In this document: in pieces, positions 12,888 through 24,754 of the stretch
Layout of the letters: every line of letters starts with the position of its first letter
Numbering within the stretch: position 1 is the first letter of the stretch
Assembly (NCBI GenBank): GCA_052327205.1
Contig: CM126223.1
Coordinates: 68,572,001-68,636,000 of the forward strand
DNA length: 64,000 nucleotides
Direction: 5' to 3'
Source of the DNA: Somniosus microcephalus
Taxonomy: Eukaryota
Made by a program: the position numbers and the translations under genes
The notes under the pieces: model-generated
The model's database searches: none
The model's input: only the letters and a program-made list of their open reading frames with translations
Told to the model about the DNA's origin: nothing

Positions 12888-14154
12888 ATAGTGTTAAAGC
12901 TCACTCACTGGTCTGCATTCCTGTTTAGAGCGGTTCTATGGCAAGAGTCTCACCTCGCTGAATTTACCCTATTTTAATCACAGGAGGTTGTGGAGCTATT
13001 TTATAAAAAGTATTCCCAGCTCTCAAAGGGTTAGCGTTACCAGTTATCCTATTGTGGGATTTAGTTTTGTGGAATACTGTTTTCCAGACGGGCTATAGAA
13101 CCAGTGGGGAAGATTTTGTCTGTTTGATGTTTTTTGTAGCAAAATCGTACCTGTACGTCTAATGGTAAGCTCACAGTTTCACAACAAATAACAAGTAGAG
13201 GAAACCTTGCCCCAAATGAGAAGTGAACGCTCCTTCCCCTGGCCCCAGTTAGTCAGTGGGGCAACTGACTTTCATGACATTATTTCAAAATGCCCTTTTA
13301 AACAGCTACACATTCTTGCCACATAATTTGGAGGGGTTTGCAATTTATCTTGCTCGGCTCTGTAATGCTTGCTCTAAAGTCATTAATAGACTCCGAGAGT
13401 CAGGTACGTTGGTAACGGTGCTGATAACTTGTCACTATCTGATTTCCTATTGACTAATAAAAAGCGCGATATGATTTGCAATTATCAGGATGTGCCAAAG
13501 CACCCAATGAATTACTTTTTTAATTGAACTGTTGGTATGTAGACAGACAACTTGTGCACAGCAAGGTGCCACAAACAACAAATGAGGTCCATGAAGAGTT
13601 GATTGGTTTTGGTGGCATTGGTTGAAAGAGAACGATTGGCCCAGACATCGGGAGAACCCTATCTCTTCGCAAAGTGCCATGTCTGTCTGAGCAGGCGGTC
13701 AGGGCTTCAGTCCAAAAGATGGCAACCTCTGACAGTGTAGCGCTCCTTCAGCGCTAGATTATGTGCCTAAGTCCTGGAATGGGGCTTGAACCCATGATCT
13801 TCTGAATCTGAAGTACGAGAGCCACCACTCAGCCAAGCTGGCACTTGCTATTAAATTTCTGTTTTTAATTCCGTCAGTAAATCTATTCCTACATATTTTC
13901 TTGTCAGTTATTGTTTGCTGACTAAACTTGGGGGACAGATTAAATGCTGAGGTCACATTTTAATCATTGATTTTATTGTGTAACAGATTTATGTAGTTTT
14001 TTTGATACAACAGGAATATAATTAGTACAACGGTCTCTGATTTCCTGGAAGAGACAATCTTTTTGTAGACTAAGGTCTCACAACTGACTATATTAACTTG
14101 TTAATTAATTTTTTTTTCTAGATATCACAAAGGGAAGCAGTGGCTGGGTGTAAG

Positions 14155-15930
14155 AGGGTCCTTGGACTAGATCTAGTTGTGAGCAATGAAATAGATCAAG
14201 TAGATGAATTAAAAGTGGATGAGCACCTCTGGAGTAGTGACCATAATATTGTAAAAATTAAGGTCAAAAACAAGAGCTCCAAATTGGAGTAGGACAGATT
14301 TTAGAAAGACTGAGATTGAGCTAGCTGAGGTGAGTTGGAAAGATAAAATTGGCAGGCAGGACTGTAGATCAACAATGGGATATTTTCAAAATGGAGATTG
14401 CAAAGATGTAGAATAAATATATGCCGTTCAAAAAAAAAAAAAAAAAGACTACAGGAAACTTTGTGCTATCCGGCACCGACGGGACCGAGCTGGTGCCGTT
14501 CCTTCAAAACTGCCGGACACACCAGCGCTGATGTTGAAACATACGGAGATTTTTAGCTCCGTGTGAATCAACAAACCCTGTTGCTTAGCAACAGCTTCTA
14601 AACAGTGGCAAGCGTCTCTGTAGCTTCTCTAGCTGAAGCTGTTGCTCAGCTACAGACCTTGCAGAGCTTGACTGTTGAGAAAAAAGCAACGAAAAGAAAA
14701 AAAACGGCTCCTGATTTTTGCCGGTGGCTCGAGCTTGCCGGACATTTAGCCTCCGGATAACACAAAGTTTCCTGTACTTCCAGTTTCAGAATGCTGTGGA
14801 TAAATAGAGGTTAGAAACTGAAATTGAAGAAAAGGGCATATATGGCTTATAGATATGATAAAAATAAGAGCGAACATGAGAAAATAAGGAAACAAGTTAA
14901 GAAAGGTATAAGGAAACCACTAAGGCAATATGAGGAGAGAATCTTAAAAATATGAAAGAAGAACAGTAATGTATTCTACAACAATGTCAGTAAAAAGAGA
15001 ATTGTTAGAATGGCGTGGGACCCATGAGTGGAGGATAGTGCGATAGTAGAGGCTGTGGAAATTGACTGGAATACTTAACAAGTGCTTTGCTTTAGTGTTT
15101 ACAAAAACGAAGGGTATTGTGGAGGAAATGATTCAGTGAGATGCGATGTATAATAAATAAAAGGAAAGTGTTAGAGAAGTTAGTTAAACTAAATGAGAAC
15201 AAAGTTCAGGGACTTGATGGGATACGTCCAAGGATCCTGAGGGAAATGGGGGGGACCCTAGAAATTATATTTCAGGCTACTATTGAGAGTCGATGTGTGC
15301 AAGAGGACTGAAGAATGTAATGCCTGTTTTCAAAAAGGGAGGCAGGGCTAGTCTGGGTGATTACAGTCCAGTTTAACATCTGTGGTAGGGAACTGTTGGG
15401 AATCTTTATTTAAAGATGAAATTACTAAATATCTAGATGGAAAGAAAATAATTAGAAGCAACCAACACAGATTTCAAAAAGGGAGATCATGCTTGACAAA
15501 CCCGATTGCGCTCTTTGAGGAGGTGATAGACATGGTGAATGGGGGAAATGCAGCGGAAGTGGTGTACATGGACTTTCAAAAAGCCGAGACAAAATACCTC
15601 GCACAAGATTACTGGAGAAGATTGGAAGTAATGGTTCAAGGGAGGGTAGCAAATTGGATTAAAAATTTGTTGGGAGAAAAGAGAGCAAAATTAAGAGCAG
15701 TTTGTCAGAGTGGTTGGAAGTGGGTAGCTGTGTCCCTTGGCGTTCTATTCTGGGACCACTTCTGTTCACTGTGCACATCAATGGTTTGGATATAGGGCTA
15801 GAGATGTGTCCAGATTTATAGACAATACTAAAATAGGATACATAGTAAACCATTCTGATGACCAAAGGAGGCTGTAAGGGAATACCTGCAAGTTGACATT
15901 CAAATTCAGTAAATGTGAGGTGGGGAATGT
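14155..15930 (+). mobile_element. Old CR1 LINE ORF2 remnant (endonuclease end to RT); its 3' tail resumes at ~22024-22190
   Basis: Motifs LDLV, SDHN, NQHRFQKGRSCLTN, VYMDFQKA with many stops and frameshifts. Confidence 0.85.
14452..14774. mobile_element. Tc1/mariner (Tigger-like) MITE inserted in the CR1
   Basis: TIRs caggaaactttgtgctatccgg / ccggataacacaaagtttcctg; TA duplicated at both ends. Confidence 0.85.
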
Positions 15931-16785
15931 TGATTTAAAAAAAAAAAATAATAATGGGCTGGAAATTGCTGCAATGGTGAATTTGGCGGCTAACTGTGTT
16001 AATTGGACTTTTATGCTTACCATTGACATTGCACTATATTTGCGCTGCAGATTGCTGGAACGTCGATCCAGTAACGGCGCAGCGCTGTCAATGTTGCATC
16101 TGGGACCTCGTAGATGTCCTATGAGGACCTCTCCGAGGAGCTGCTCATCTGACGGCTGGGCCTCTTCAAGGATGCCATTGCGCATCTCGGCCTACTTTAT
16201 TATGAAGATTTGCAGACTCTCTTCACTGCCACAACTCCTCTGTGACAACAATCACTTTTTATGGCTCCGGATCCTTCCAGGCTGCCAATGGGATCCGTGC
16301 AACATTAACCAGGGAGCTGTCAGAGCGTGCATCGGGCAGGTGACGGACACCCAATTTCATAGAGTAGCTGAACTCATTCACTTCGGCATCAGCATCAGGC
16401 AGCAGAGCCAGAGACTTCTACAAGATAGCTGGATTCACCAGGGTGCAGGCTGCCATGGTGGCAGGGACGTGGAAGGAGTTCTATTCCCAGGATATCTACT
16501 CCTCTGTGGTATCTACACTCGTCGATGCAAGGGGCAGCAGAGGGCAGATTCTGTAGCAACTCCTCATTGACTGATCCACTGCAGTGGCAGCACCTCAACC
16601 TTTGGATCATAGCAGGACCTTGCCAGGAATCCTCAGCCGTGTGAAGAAGTCTGAACCTATGGAATAGTCTTATTTCCTGACTTACTGTAATGTTCAGAAA
16701 TAACAAATCCTGAGACGAGTGCCCAGTGTATTTCAAAGCAAACATTTCTTTTATTGCAAGCTAAAGGGGTGGAAGGTTGGAGTCC

Positions 16786-17058
16786 AAGAACATAAGAAAT
16801 AGGAGCAGGAGTCGGCCATATAGCCCTTCGAGCCTGCTCCGCCATTCAGTAAGATCATGGCTGATCTTCGCCCTCAACTCCACTTTCCCGCCTGATCCCC
16901 ATGTCGCTTGATTCCTTTTAGCGTCCACAAGTCTATCGATCTCAGCCTTGAATATACTCAACGACTGAGCATCCACAGCCCTCTGAGGTAGAGAATTCAA
17001 AATATTCCCAGCCCTTTAAGCGAAGAGATTTCTCCTCATCTTAGTCTGAAATTGCCGA
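16786..17058 (-). mobile_element. CR1 (HER1-like) 3' fragment inserted in the Harbinger element
   Basis: NSLPQRAVDAQSLSIFKAEIDR and the tail gaatggcggagcaggctcgaagggc. Confidence 0.85.
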
Positions 17059-17317
17059 CTGAAGCATGTGGTGGTGGTTAGGGAGGAAAGGGGGAATGTG
17101 GCGACATGTTACCCTTGCCTGCCCTTGTGAAGTGTTTTCACTTCTTTCTGCACTGTTGATCAGTGCTGGCGTGAGGGAGTTGGGAGCCAGTGCCAACTCC
17201 TTGCAGGCGGCACGACTGATACTGATGTCCGGCTTCGTGAAAGAAAGACCTAGGAGTGCGAGGCGCCTGTCTTGTACCTCTTGGAGAAGGGATTGGAGGT
17301 CTTCATCAGAAAAGCAG

Positions 17318-17551
17318 TGTGGTAAACCACTGTTATACCTGCCTGTGTGGGTGTTTGTATTCCACTGTGTACATGTCTGTACATGCCTCGGCTGACTCCT
17401 CCCACGAGTCCAGGTATAAAGGTGACTGCTCCACAGTCCCTCTGTATTCTGGACTGGTCGACCACTCGAGGCACACCTTCATTCTCTTGTTAATAAAAGC
17501 CTGTTAGTTACTCGCTTAACCTCAGTCTTTTGAGTAATTGATAGCGCATCA
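17318..17551 (+). repeat. 5' LTR (TATAAA 17415-17420, AATAAA 17492-17497)
   Basis: Direct repeat of 21390-21623. Confidence 0.95.
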
Positions 17552-17576
17552 ATTTTATTAACAAGATTTTTTTATA

Positions 17577-20500
17577 ATGGAGAAGATCCTCACACCAGCA
17601 TGCCTGGACTTAGACCATCGGGAGGCGGACGCATCCACCAAGTTTGCTCACTGGCTTAGGTGCTTTGAAAGATTCCTGATCGCCTCCGCTGCAACGGTCA
17701 AATCGGATGAGGACAAACTGGATGTCCTGACCTCCAAAGTGAACCACCGAGCGTACTCGGTCATCCAGGACGCGACCTCGTACACGGCTGCTCTCAAGCT
17801 CCTCAAGGACCAGTACACGCGCCCAGTAAACGAGGTGTACGCCAGGCACCTCCTGGGGAGTCGTAAACAACAACCTGGGGAATCGACCGAGGAATACCTT
17901 CAGGCACTGTCTGTGCTTGGCCGGGCCTGTGGTTGTAAGGATGTAAAGGCCGCCGTGTACACAGAGGAACTTATCCGGGACGCTTTTGTAGCAGGCCACG
18001 GGTCCAATTACACCCGATAGCGACTGTTGGAGCAGAGTGACCTCGACCTCAACAAGGCCTCTGAACTCGCACTATCATTGGACGCAGCCTACCGGGGCAT
18101 GGATGCCTACTCCTCTGCACCGTGGACGCCGCGGGGAACGACAGCCTGGGACACGGTAGGACCGTCTCATAGCGCCGTGCCACCCCAGCCACATCCCAGC
18201 AATGGCCCAACTACCGCAGCAGTGTCCCAAGGCCAGAAATGCTACTTCTGTGGCCAGGCCAAACACCCCAGAGCGCGCTGCCCGGCGAAAAATGCGATCT
18301 GCTCGGGCTGCGGGAAGAAGGGACACTACGCCAGCGTCTGCAGGGCCAAAGCCACCCCGAACCCCAGCAGCACCGCGTGCGGGCTGCCATCTTGGGCCTC
18401 CCCAGCCATGTGCGAACCACCGGAACAGCAGCCATTTTGGACGCCTCCAGCCACATGGGGATCATGGACGACGCCAGCCGGGACGCAGCAGGCCCCCAAC
18501 ACCGCCTCATCTGATACCCGCAGCGACACACCGACCCCTACGCTGGCCTCCATTACGCTGGACCAAGCGAGACCGCACCAACTGGCCCGGTCCACAATGG
18601 ACATTAAGGTAAATGGTCACGAAACAACCTGCCTTTTTGACTCTGGGAGCACGGAGAGCTTCATCCACCCCGACACGGTGTGGTGTTGCTCTCTCCCAGT
18701 CCTGCCTGCGCACCAGCGGATTTCTATGGCCTCCGAGTCCCAGTCGGCGGACATTGGCGGCTACTGCGTGGTGACACTCTTAGTAGACGGGACTGTGTAC
18801 GATAATTTTAAACTTCTGGTCCTGCCCCACCTCTGCGCTGCTGTTCTACTGGGGTTAGATTTTCAGTGCCACCTTAAAAGTGTTACGATGGCGTACGGTG
18901 GACCCCTCCCCCCACTCACAGTCCGCAGCCAGCAGCTTCCAAACTGCCCGCCGCGCACCAGGTGCAACCTCTCCACACTCAGTCACCCCCACCCCCCACT
19001 GTTTGCTAACCTCACCCCCGACTGTAAGCCCATCGCCACAAAGAGCAGGCGATACAGTGCCGGGGACAGGGTTTTCATTAAAACCGAAGTGGAGCGGCTC
19101 CTGAAGGAGAGGATTATTGAGGGCAACACAGTTGTTAAGACCGGCGAGAAGCAGCGCCTGGTCATCGACTACAGCCAGACAATAAATCGCTACACCCTGC
19201 TGGACGCTTACCCACTCCCCCGCATAGCTGATATGGTCAACCAGATCGTGCAGTACCGCGTCTTCTCGACCATTGACCTGAAATCAGCGTACCACCAGCT
19301 TCCTATCCGCCCTGAGGACCGCCAGTATACTGCCTTTGAGGCAAACAGCCGCCTCTATCACTTCCTTAGGGTTCCCTTTGGCGTCGCCAACGGGGTCTCC
19401 GTCTTCCAAAGGGAGATGGACCGGATGGTCGATCAAAATGCGTTGCAGGCCACTTTCCCATATCTGGACAGTGTGACCATGCGGCCATGACTTGCAGGAC
19501 CATGACGCAAACCTCGAAAAATTCCTCTGCACCGCCCAACTCCTGAACCTGACGTATAACAAGGAGAAGTGCATATTCCGCACAACCCGCCTCGCCATCC
19601 TTGGCTGTGTTGTGGAACATGGAGTCATCGGTCCCGACCCCGACCGGATGCGTCCCCTTATGGAACTCCCACTGCCTCAAGGCCCTGAAGAGGTGCCTAG
19701 GGTTTTTCTCCTATTACGCCCAGTGGGTCCCCTACTATGCGGACAAGGCCCGTCCGCTGATCAAGTCCACCTCTTTTCCCTTGACGGCAGAGGCCCGCTT
19801 AGCCTTCCACCGTATCAAGGAAGACATTGCCAAAGCCACCATGCACGCAGTGGACGAATCCATCCCCTTCCAGGTGGAAAGCGACGCGTCCGACTTTGCC
19901 CTGGCTGCTACCCTTAATCAGGCGGGGAGACCCGTGGCCTTCTTTTCACGAACCCTCCAGGGCCCGGAGACCAGACACTCCGCTGTTGAGAAGGAGGCCC
20001 AGGCTATTGTGGAGGCTGTGCGTCATTGGAGGCACTACCTGGCCGGAAAACGATTTACCCTGCTCGCTGACCAGCGTTCAGTTGCTTTTATGTTTAACAA
20101 CAAGCAGAGGGGCAAAATCAAAAACGACAAGATCTTGAGGTGGTGAATCGAACTTTCCACCTACAATTGCGAGATCTTGTACCGGCCCGGGAAGCTCAAT
20201 GAACCCCCGGATGCTCTATCGCGTGGCACCTGCGCCAGCGCGCAGATCGATAGACTGCGGGCCCTCCACAATGACCTCTGCCACCCGGGGGTCACCAGGT
20301 TCTTCCACTTCATCAAGGCCCGCAACCTACCTTACTCCATTGAGGAGGTCAGGACCATGACCAGGAACTGCCAAGTCTGCGCTGAGTGCAAACCGCACTT
20401 TTATAGACCAGACAGGGCTCACCTGATAAAAGCCACTTGCCCCTTCGAGCGCCTGAGCGTTGATTTTAAAGGGCCTCTCCCCTCCTCCGACCGCAATGTG

Positions 20501-21388
20501 TACTTCCTCAACATTATTGATGAGTACTCCCGTTTCCCGTTCGCCATCCCCTGCCCGGACATGACCAGTGCCACGGTCATTAAATGTCCGAACGACCTCT
20601 TCACCCTGTTCGGTTTCCCCAGCTATATCCATAGCGACCGGGGCTCATCGTTTATGAGTGACGAACTCCGCCAGTACCTGCTCGCTAGGGGTGTTGCCAC
20701 AAGCAGGACCACCAGTTACAACCCCCGGGGGAACGGACAGGTGGAAAGAGAGAATGCGACAGTTTGGAAGGCCGCCCTGCTAGCCTTAAAGTCTAGGGGC
20801 CTTCCGACCTCCCGCTGGCAGGATGTGCTCCCTGATGCGCTCCACTCTATTCGGTCACTGCTCTGCACTGCCACTAACGCCACCCCTCATGAGAGAATGT
20901 TTGTCTTCCCAAGGAAGTCCACATCGGGGACATTGCTACCGCCATGGCTGACGTCCCCAGGGCCGGTCCTACTGAGAAGACACGTGAGGACCCATAAAAC
21001 GGACCCCCTGGTCGAGAGGGTCGACCTCCTCCACGCCAACCCGCAGTATGCTTACATTGCGTACCCGGATGGGCGGGAGGACACAGTCTCCATACGAGAC
21101 CTCGCACCCTCGGGGGCCCCAGTAACCCACTACCACCCCCCCCCCCCCCCCCCCCACAATCCAATATCCAACCCCAGCAGACAGCACGCCTGGGCCCTGC
21201 GATCCGCTCGACACCCACGAGGACTACACACCAGTGCCCCAGCCTACGCGGGACTTGACGCCGGAAGCTTCACTACCCCTGCCGTCGCCACGTCGATCAC
21301 AGCGGCAGACAAGACCTCCGGAGAGACTCCAATACACAAACTTTTAATACACTTCACCCCGCCGGACTCATTTTTAAACAAGGGGTGA
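17577..21388 (+). pseudogene. Gypsy gag-pol polyprotein, disrupted
   Basis: Two Zn knuckles (CYFCGQAKHPRARC, CSGCGKKGHYASVC), protease LFDSGS, RT IDLKSAYHQ and YLDS, RNase H VESDASD and EKEAQAI, integrase HHCC with D-D-E (VDFKG, HSDRG, GQVER). Stops at 18018 and 20144; frameshifts near 19480 and 19672. Confidence 0.92.
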
Positions 21389-21389
21389 A

Positions 21390-21623
21390 TGTGGTAAACC
21401 ACTGTTATACCTGCCTGTGTGGGTGTTTGTATTCCACTGTGTACATGTCTGTACATGCCTCGGCTGACTCCTCCCACGAGTCCAGGTATAAAGGTGACTG
21501 CTCCACAGTCCCTCTGTATTCTGGACTGGTCGACCACTCGAGGCACACCTTCATTCTCTTGTTAATAAAAGCCTGTTAGTTACTTGCTTAACCTTAGTCT
21601 TTTGAGTCATTGATAGCGCATCA
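21390..21623 (+). repeat. 3' LTR
   Basis: Follows the PPT and is followed by TSD AGCAG. Confidence 0.95.
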
Positions 21624-22878
21624 AGCAGGTTGTGCCTCTTCTGCCTGCTGTCCTAGCGTGGTACCCAGTGGGCACAGCTGGCACCTAAGTGGCCACGATG
21701 GTGCCAATCTGGACTGATGCTGTGGGTAAGAATTGTTGTCAAGTGATTTTGTGCTTGCCTTGCCATCAGCCAGTGTTTTGCTGCTGCCAGGAGTCTGCAG
21801 TGTTTTTTTAGAGTTACGTTGTTGTTGTACGTATGATTCCGGAGAGGGAAGGATTGAAGGTGGAGGTGTCGGCAACTTACACCGTTTCTACACTCTTAAG
21901 CTACACCAGAGCTGCGCCGAGAATATTTAAATTAACTTACCCCAGGAAACTTGCGTGTGACTCCCTCTGCTGGTGAATGGCTTAACTTGCCAGCGTTACT
22001 GTCATTGAAGAAACTCCGGGCTCAAGTCAACATTTGAGAATAGGGTAGATAAATGGTTGACGTAATGGTGAATAATGGGAACAGAGCGGGCACATGGGAT
22101 TAGAACTACTGCTCGTATGGGGAATAAACCCCAACACGGATTGGTTGGGCCAAATGGCCCGTTTGTAATTTCTATGTAATTCTAATTCTATGAACCGGGG
22201 CAGGTTTCTAAGCTATGTTCAGTGCACCTTGACGGCTATTTATACCAAACACTTTGAGGGCAATTTTAATCTAACCCAGCGGGCAGGAAACTGACGGGAT
22301 TGAAGTCAATGGAAAGTAAAATCAAATGGGGTGTAAAACAGACGGCCGATCTGATCCCCCATCAGTTTCCCCACTGAGTGGGTTAAGGTTTAAAATGACC
22401 CACTTTGTGTTGACGTGAAATAGTTTCAGCTTTGCATCTACACAAACTTGTGTAACTGGGGAAGTTGCGCAATTCAGAGTTTGGCAAGTGATGCAAGAGC
22501 CCCCTGTCGGGTGCGCAATGTCATAAAATTGTTCCTCATATAGGCGCTTTGAGTTAACAAATAATACCGGGGACCCGAGATCCCACTTTTAATGAAAAAC
22601 TTGATCTGTCGTTCTCTTTAATGACCCACTAACAAAAGTACGTTCTGAGAAATTGCGTGTTCCAAAGCTGCGCATTTGTTAGTGGACCTTTTTAATTACA
22701 GAGAAAGATGGGCATTCACCTGCTTTTCATTATAAAAGGAATTTTTGGCCCTTGAGCATTTAATCCTGACTAATTCTAAAGCATGGTGTTAAAACTGGAG
22801 CAGATTGTTTCCGATTGCTTTGTGCAATCTATGGTGCTGTTGCAATGTTTGTGTGCTGGTGCTTAGTGTGGAGAAGAG

Positions 22879-23028
22879 CAATGTTCCCTTTACGTTGCGC
22901 TCTGCAGTTCCTGCGCGGCCAGCTCACCGGCTTTTAAATAGGAAAAACCGCGCGGGCGTGGTATCTTGAACGGGCCGCACAGCCCCTTAAAGGGGCCGTG
23001 CACCCCAAAAAAATGAAAGGGAACATTG
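22879..23028. mobile_element. hAT-type MITE
   Basis: caatgttccc...gggaacattg; flanks gagaagag/gagaggag. Confidence 0.85.
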
Positions 23029-24754
23029 GAGAGGAGGTAGGTTGTTCATGCTGCTCATGTGGGGCAGGGGACTTTGGAAAGCACAGCCTCTACTTTCTGC
23101 ACCCTTTCCAGTCACGGTTTTGACCGTGGAGCCGATTTGCCTCTGATTTGTGCCTAGGGAATGTTCCGTTCATGGGCGCAAAGCAGAGGGGAAAGGGACA
23201 GAGACCCAATGTCACGGCTCTTCAACCTCTTCATCTTGTCCTGCAATTTCTGCTGACCTCTGCAAATGCAAGCTCAAGTTGTTTAAACCTGCTCCTAACT
23301 AGCACTTAGGCAAATAAAATCAGGGCCTATTTGTTTGCTAGTGGCATCAATTGGTTCTGAATTAACATCCAATTTCTTTCAAAGAGCTTTTTTTTAACCA
23401 CATTACAGGACAGGCGAAGGGATTTAAGGAGGGAATTTCAGAGAATGGGACATAGGTGGCTGAAGGCATGACTGCCAGTTGTGGGGTGAAGGGAAAGGCT
23501 TATGCACCAGGGGTCAGGGTTAGAGGAACAGAGAGGGTTGGGGAAGCAGTTACAGAGATGGGGAGATGGATAGATTTTAAACCAGGGGCGGTATTAGGAC
23601 TGCAACCCGACAACTGCACAGGGCTCTGAACCTGTTGGGGGGGGGTCCCAGACAGAGTGAATGCAGTGAAAGGACATCTACGAAATAGTAATAGCTGATC
23701 ATTTTGTTAACTCTTTTTATATTGTCTATTGTTAAACATGCCTTTTTCATGATCGTACGTGTGTGGATTTGTCACCAGATTATTTGGCAGTATTTAGTAT
23801 CATTGTCCAGTAAAATGTAGGGGTCCCAAACCAAACCTTTGCACAGGACACCTCAAGGCAAGCGCTGCTCCTGATTAAACGCTACCAGCTGTGTGCTAGG
23901 AATCTTTGGTAGATTTGTCAGGGGATGATTATTACTGAAAATCTGTCTACTAGCCAAGGGGCAAGTCCCATTGAAATGTAGGAGACGGTTAAATACTTTG
24001 ATATCTGACCATGTATTTTCCAGGTGCCATTTTCTATTGTTTCCTCTAGGTGGCACTTCATTCCACTAAAGATTGAATTACCTGCAGTTTAACTTCCATT
24101 TTTTTTTTAGGAGGGTGGTGGGGGGGGGGGATTTAACTACAAAGTAGCTGCTTCAACTGCATTGAAAAACAGAAGCAGTATTCCCATTTACACATGCCCT
24201 GTCAGTTGTCTTTGCTTCTTGATTTGAATAGATGCATTTTTTTCTTTTATTTTTCTGAAGACTTGTACCTGTTAAAGCTGCCACTTTGGATCGAAGTATT
24301 TCCGGCACATTTAAAAATTGTGTTAAGTCCAAAAGCAGATTTAAATTTTCTGAAAAATACAGACCATAGTTTTTAAACACACTTTTTTTAACTTAATTAT
24401 TTTAAAGTTCCTTTCAGGGTTTGCTGCAAAATTTACTAAAGAGGAAGTCTAGTCACTAGTCAGTGAGTTTACAAACAACTAGTGTTCAAGTTGCTGTGTC
24501 CCTCAATAACAATTCCTATTTTTAAATTTTAATGAAAATGCTTCCACTTACTGAACTTCTTATTCTGACTGCAATCCATTTGCAAGAATTTTTATTCCTC
24601 CTTTTTCCTTCAGTTATCTCCCCTTTCCTCCTCTCCTGAAGGCCCTGACTTCTTGCTGAAGTTTGGTCACTCTCCAGTACCTCATCCAAGCGGCCATCCT
24701 TCATGTGTGATTTTAGGTGGGCAGTGTCAACGGACAATCCAACTGGAGGATACG

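Larger units (their letters stand above)
17318..21623 (+). mobile_element. Near-complete Ty3/Gypsy LTR retrotransposon (4306 bp), internally inactivated
   Basis: Two 234-bp TG...CA LTRs with 3 mismatches; 5-bp TSD AGCAG; PPT aaacaaggggtgaa (21376-21389); domain order gag-PR-RT-RH-IN. Confidence 0.97.
15956..22023. mobile_element. Degraded PIF/Harbinger transposon (transposase remnant on +, ~16090-16700; Myb/SANT-like remnant on -, ~17105-17317 plus 21624-21650), interrupted by later insertions
   Basis: Imperfect TIRs gggctggaaattgctgcaatg / cattgaagaaactccgggctc with flanks AAT/AAG. Transposase-like FYGSGSFQ and INQGAVRACIGQVTD. Minus-strand FSDEDLQSLLQEVQDRR...QCRKK*. Confidence 0.7.

Noticed and set aside
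15893-16570. 225-aa ORF as a nested host gene (HARBI1-like)
   Set aside because: Transposase similarity switches frames and lies inside TIR-bounded, TE-interrupted sequence; a decayed transposon.
18018-18020. Programmed gag-pol stop-codon readthrough
   Set aside because: The stop lies inside gag, upstream of the zinc knuckles; a CAG-to-TAG mutation is simpler.
21130-21388. Chromodomain or env-like extension after integrase
   Set aside because: Only low-complexity Pro/Thr-rich sequence after a poly-C run; no motif and no room for env.
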